Below are positions 61,031-64,000 of a DNA stretch of 64,000 bases, one piece after another. Each line of letters starts with the position of its first letter. The first letter of the stretch is position 1. The notes beneath the pieces are model-generated. The model was not told the origin of the DNA. It searched no databases and saw only the letters and a list, made by a program, of their open reading frames with translations. The translations under genes and the position numbers were made by a program. This stretch comes from Squalus acanthias (lineage: Eukaryota): positions 248,001 to 312,000 of the forward strand of contig JASTWF010000323.1 in NCBI GenBank assembly GCA_030390025.1, written 5' to 3'.

Positions 61031-63148
61031 CGATTGGTGAAAAGTCTCCTACACCAAGAAAACATTCTTCTGATTAGTTACAAATGTTCAGTGTGGTTAG
61101 CAGACGGAAATTCGTTAAATAAAGTGTTTGGGTGCAATATCTTTGTTTGAAATGAACATAGAATATTGCAACACCAAAAGAAAATACTGCAGTTGCTTGA
61201 AATCTGAAACAAAAACAAAAAATGCTGGAGAAACTCAGCACGTCAGGCAGCATCTGTAAAGAGAGAAACAGAATTAACGTTTCAGGTCGATGACCTTTCG
61301 TTAGTACTGGAAAAAAGCAGGAAATGGAACAGATTTTTAAGCAAGTGCAGAGGCTGGGAAAGGGGGGAGGGGATGAAAGAACAAAAGGTAAGGTCTGTGA
61401 TAGGATAGAAGTGTTTAAGAGACATTAAGAGATATTCAAGGCAAAAGGAGATGGTAATGGGACAGATTAAAAACAAAGGATGGCTCGAGATGAAGTGTAA
61501 ATTGCGCTGGCAGAATGAAAGACAGCTGCCATGTGGGGGAGAAGAAAAAAAGACAGACAAAGAGTGTGATCAATAAAATATATATCTGTGGTCGGGGCCG
61601 AGGTTATGATCTGAAATTGTTAAACTCTATGTTGAGTCCAGAACGCTGTAGAGTGCCTAACCGAAAGATGAGGTGCTGTTCCTCGAGCTTACGCTGAGCT
61701 TCCGTGGAACAATACAAGAGGCCGAGGACGGTGATGTCTGAGTGGGAGTAGAGCGGTGAATTAAAGAGACAGGCGACCGGAAGCTCGGGGCTCCCTAACG
61801 GACTGAACGGAGGTGTTCCGCAAAACGGTCAGACAATCTGCGTTTGGTCTCCCCAATGTAGAGGAGACCACATCGTGAGCAGCGAATACAGTATACTAAA
61901 TTGCAAGAAGTACAAGTAAATCTCTGTTTCACCTGAAAGGGGTGTTTGGCGCCCTGGACAGTGGGAAGCGGGGAGGTATAAGGGCTTGTGTTGCATCTCC
62001 TGCGCTTGCACGGGAAGGTGCCGGGCTTAGGGGAAGGGGTGTTGGAGGTGATAGAGGAGTGCACTACTGTGGCGCAGAGGGAGCGATCCCTACGGAATGC
62101 TGAAAGGGGAGGCGAGGGGAAGATGAGTTTCATGGTGGGATCACGCTGGAGGTGGCGGACATGGCGATGGATGATTCGTTGAATGTGGAGTCTGGTCGGG
62201 TGAAAGGTGAGGACAAGGGGAACTCTGTCGTGCTTCCGGGAAGCAGGGGCAGTGGTGAGGGCAGAAGTGCGGGAGATAGATCGGACATGGTCAATGGCCG
62301 TATCAGCCACTGTAGAGAGAATTCCGCGGTTGAGGAAAAAGGAAGACATGTCAGAAGCACTGATATGGAAGGTAGTTGCGTCAGAGTAGATGCGGCGGAG
62401 ACGGAGAAACTGTTAGAATGGAATAGAGTCCTTACAGGAGGCGGGGTGGGAGGGAGTGTAGTTCAGGTAGCTGTGGGAGTCAGTGGGCTTGCAGTGAATG
62501 TCTGTCAATAACCTATCCCCAGAGATGGAGATGGAGAGGTCGAGGAACGGAAGGGAAGAGTCGGAGATGGACCATGTGAAGGTGAGGGAATGGTGGAAAT
62601 TGGAAGCAAAATGAATGAAATTATCTAGTTCAGGGCGAGAGCAGGAAACGGCACGGATAAAGTCATCAATGTACCGGAAAAAGACGTGAGGGAGGGGACA
62701 GGAGTAGGACTGGAACAAAGAGTGTTCCCCATGTCTCACGAAAAGGCAGTCATAGCTAGGACGCATGCGGGTTCCCATAGCAACACTTTTGATTTGGAGG
62801 AAGTGAGTGGATTCAAAGGAGAAGTTGTTCAATGTGAGAACATGTTCAGCCAGGTGGAGGAGGGTGCTGCTGCATGGGGACTGGTTGGGCCTCTGTTCAA
62901 GGAAGAACCGGAACGCCCTCAGGCCATCCTGGTGTGGGATGGAGAATTAGAGGAATTGTACGTCAAGAGTGAAAAGCAGGAGGATTGGGCTAGGAAATTG
63001 GAAAATGTTAAAGTGGCGGAGGGAGTCGGAAGAATCACGGATGTAAGTGGGAAGAGACTGGACAAGGGGAGAAAAAATAGAGTCGCGATAAACAAGAGTT
63101 AAGTTCCGTGTGGCAAGAACAGTCTGAAACGATGGGTCTTATAGGTCA

Positions 63149-63816
63149 CGATAGCAAAATACTGCGGATGCTGGAAATCCGAAATAACAACAGAAAACGC
63201 TGGAAAAACTCAGCAGGCCAGGCAGCATCCGTGGAGAGAGAAAGAGAGTTAACGTTTCAGGTCGATGACCTTTCATCAGAACTGGGAAGAGCCGGAAATC
63301 AAATAGATTTAAGGCCAGGGTAAAGCTGGGAAAGGGGGGAGGGGATAAAGGAACAAAGTGGAAGATGAAGAGACATTAAGAGACATTAAGAGATATGCAA
63401 GGCTAGAGGTGGTGTTAATGTGACAGATTAAGGCTGAATGAAGTGTGAAATCCACTGGCAGAATGAAGGACAGCTGCCAGCTTCTAGGAGGAAAAAAAAA
63501 GGTGGGGGGGACAAATAAAAGGGTGGATAAAATAAAATATGAATGTGATTGGAGCTGAGGTTATGATCTAAAATTGTTGAACTCGATATTGAGTCCAGAG
63601 GGCTGTAGCGTGCCTAAACGAAAGATGAGGTGCTGTTCCTCGAGCTTACGCTGAGCTTCCGTGGAACAGTGTAATAGGCCGAGGACGGTGAGGTCAGAGT
63701 GGGAGTGAAGCGGTGAATTAAAGTGACAGGCCACCGGGAGCTCGGGGTCCCCCTTACGGACTGAACGGAGGTGTTCCGCAAAGCGGTCACCCAATCTGCG
63801 TTTGGTCTCCCTTATT
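63149..63816 (-). mobile_element. Young 5'-truncated Penelope-like insertion nested in the older PLE
   Basis: Near-identical to 44238-44856; flanked by GGTCTTATAGGTCA (63135-63148) / GGTCTAATAAGTCA (63817-63830). Confidence 0.85.
63247..63283 (-). ncRNA. Minimal type I hammerhead ribozyme (Penelope-associated)
   Basis: AGUU-CUGAUGA-A-AGGUC-AUC-GACCU-GAAA-C-GUU-AACU: intact core, 5-bp stem II, 4-bp stem I, palindromic loopless stem III. Confidence 0.8.
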
Positions 63817-64000
63817 GGTCTAATAAGTCAGTCCTGTTTGTGGATCTTGGGAAGGAGGTAGAAGAGGGCTGTGCTGGTTTGTGGAAATATGCGGTTAGCG
63901 GCCGTGGGGGGAAGATCTCCAGAGGAGATTAAGTCAGTGACATTCTTGGAAACGATGGCTTGATGTTCGGTAGTGGGGTCATGGTCCAGGCGGGGGACGT

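Larger units (their letters stand above)
61175..64000 (-). mobile_element. Penelope-like element (RT + GIY-YIG), degraded, runs off the right edge; contains nested younger copy
   Basis: MNNFSF...AMGTRMRPSYDCLF...FFRYIDD...LPFLDL; NLVYCIRCSRCGLLYIGETKRRLSDRFAEH; RT resumes after 63830 (FYLLPKIHKQD on minus). Confidence 0.92.

Overview
Vertebrate genomic DNA, most likely a cartilaginous fish (inferred from HE1/V-SINE and Deu-type SINEs, abundant CR1 LINEs, Penelope-like elements and a two-exon GPR139-like GPCR family). The window is repeat-dominated and almost every ORF in the supplied track is repeat-derived. Real gene content: (1) an intact two-exon class A GPCR on the minus strand (exon 1 47590-47656, exon 2 40692-41602, about 325 aa); (2) a frameshifted paralogue at 56902-57777; (3) a minus-strand signal-peptide exon (MRTLLLILGYL, 3470-3503) of a gene that runs off the left edge; (4) a disrupted signal-peptide + PQTN-repeat mucin-like reading frame head-to-head with the GPCR. 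Structural features: several satellites/minisatellites (53, 92, 30, 84, 18, 38 bp units), an approximately 3-kb segmental tandem array (5.7-19.1 kb), a full-length CR1 whose 5' end is six 72-74 bp monomers each carrying splice signals, Harbinger-like MITEs (one self-nested) loaded with promoter motifs and splice donors, Penelope-like elements with minimal hammerhead ribozymes, and a probable solo LTR. Coordinates were counted by eye; repeat boundaries are approximate.
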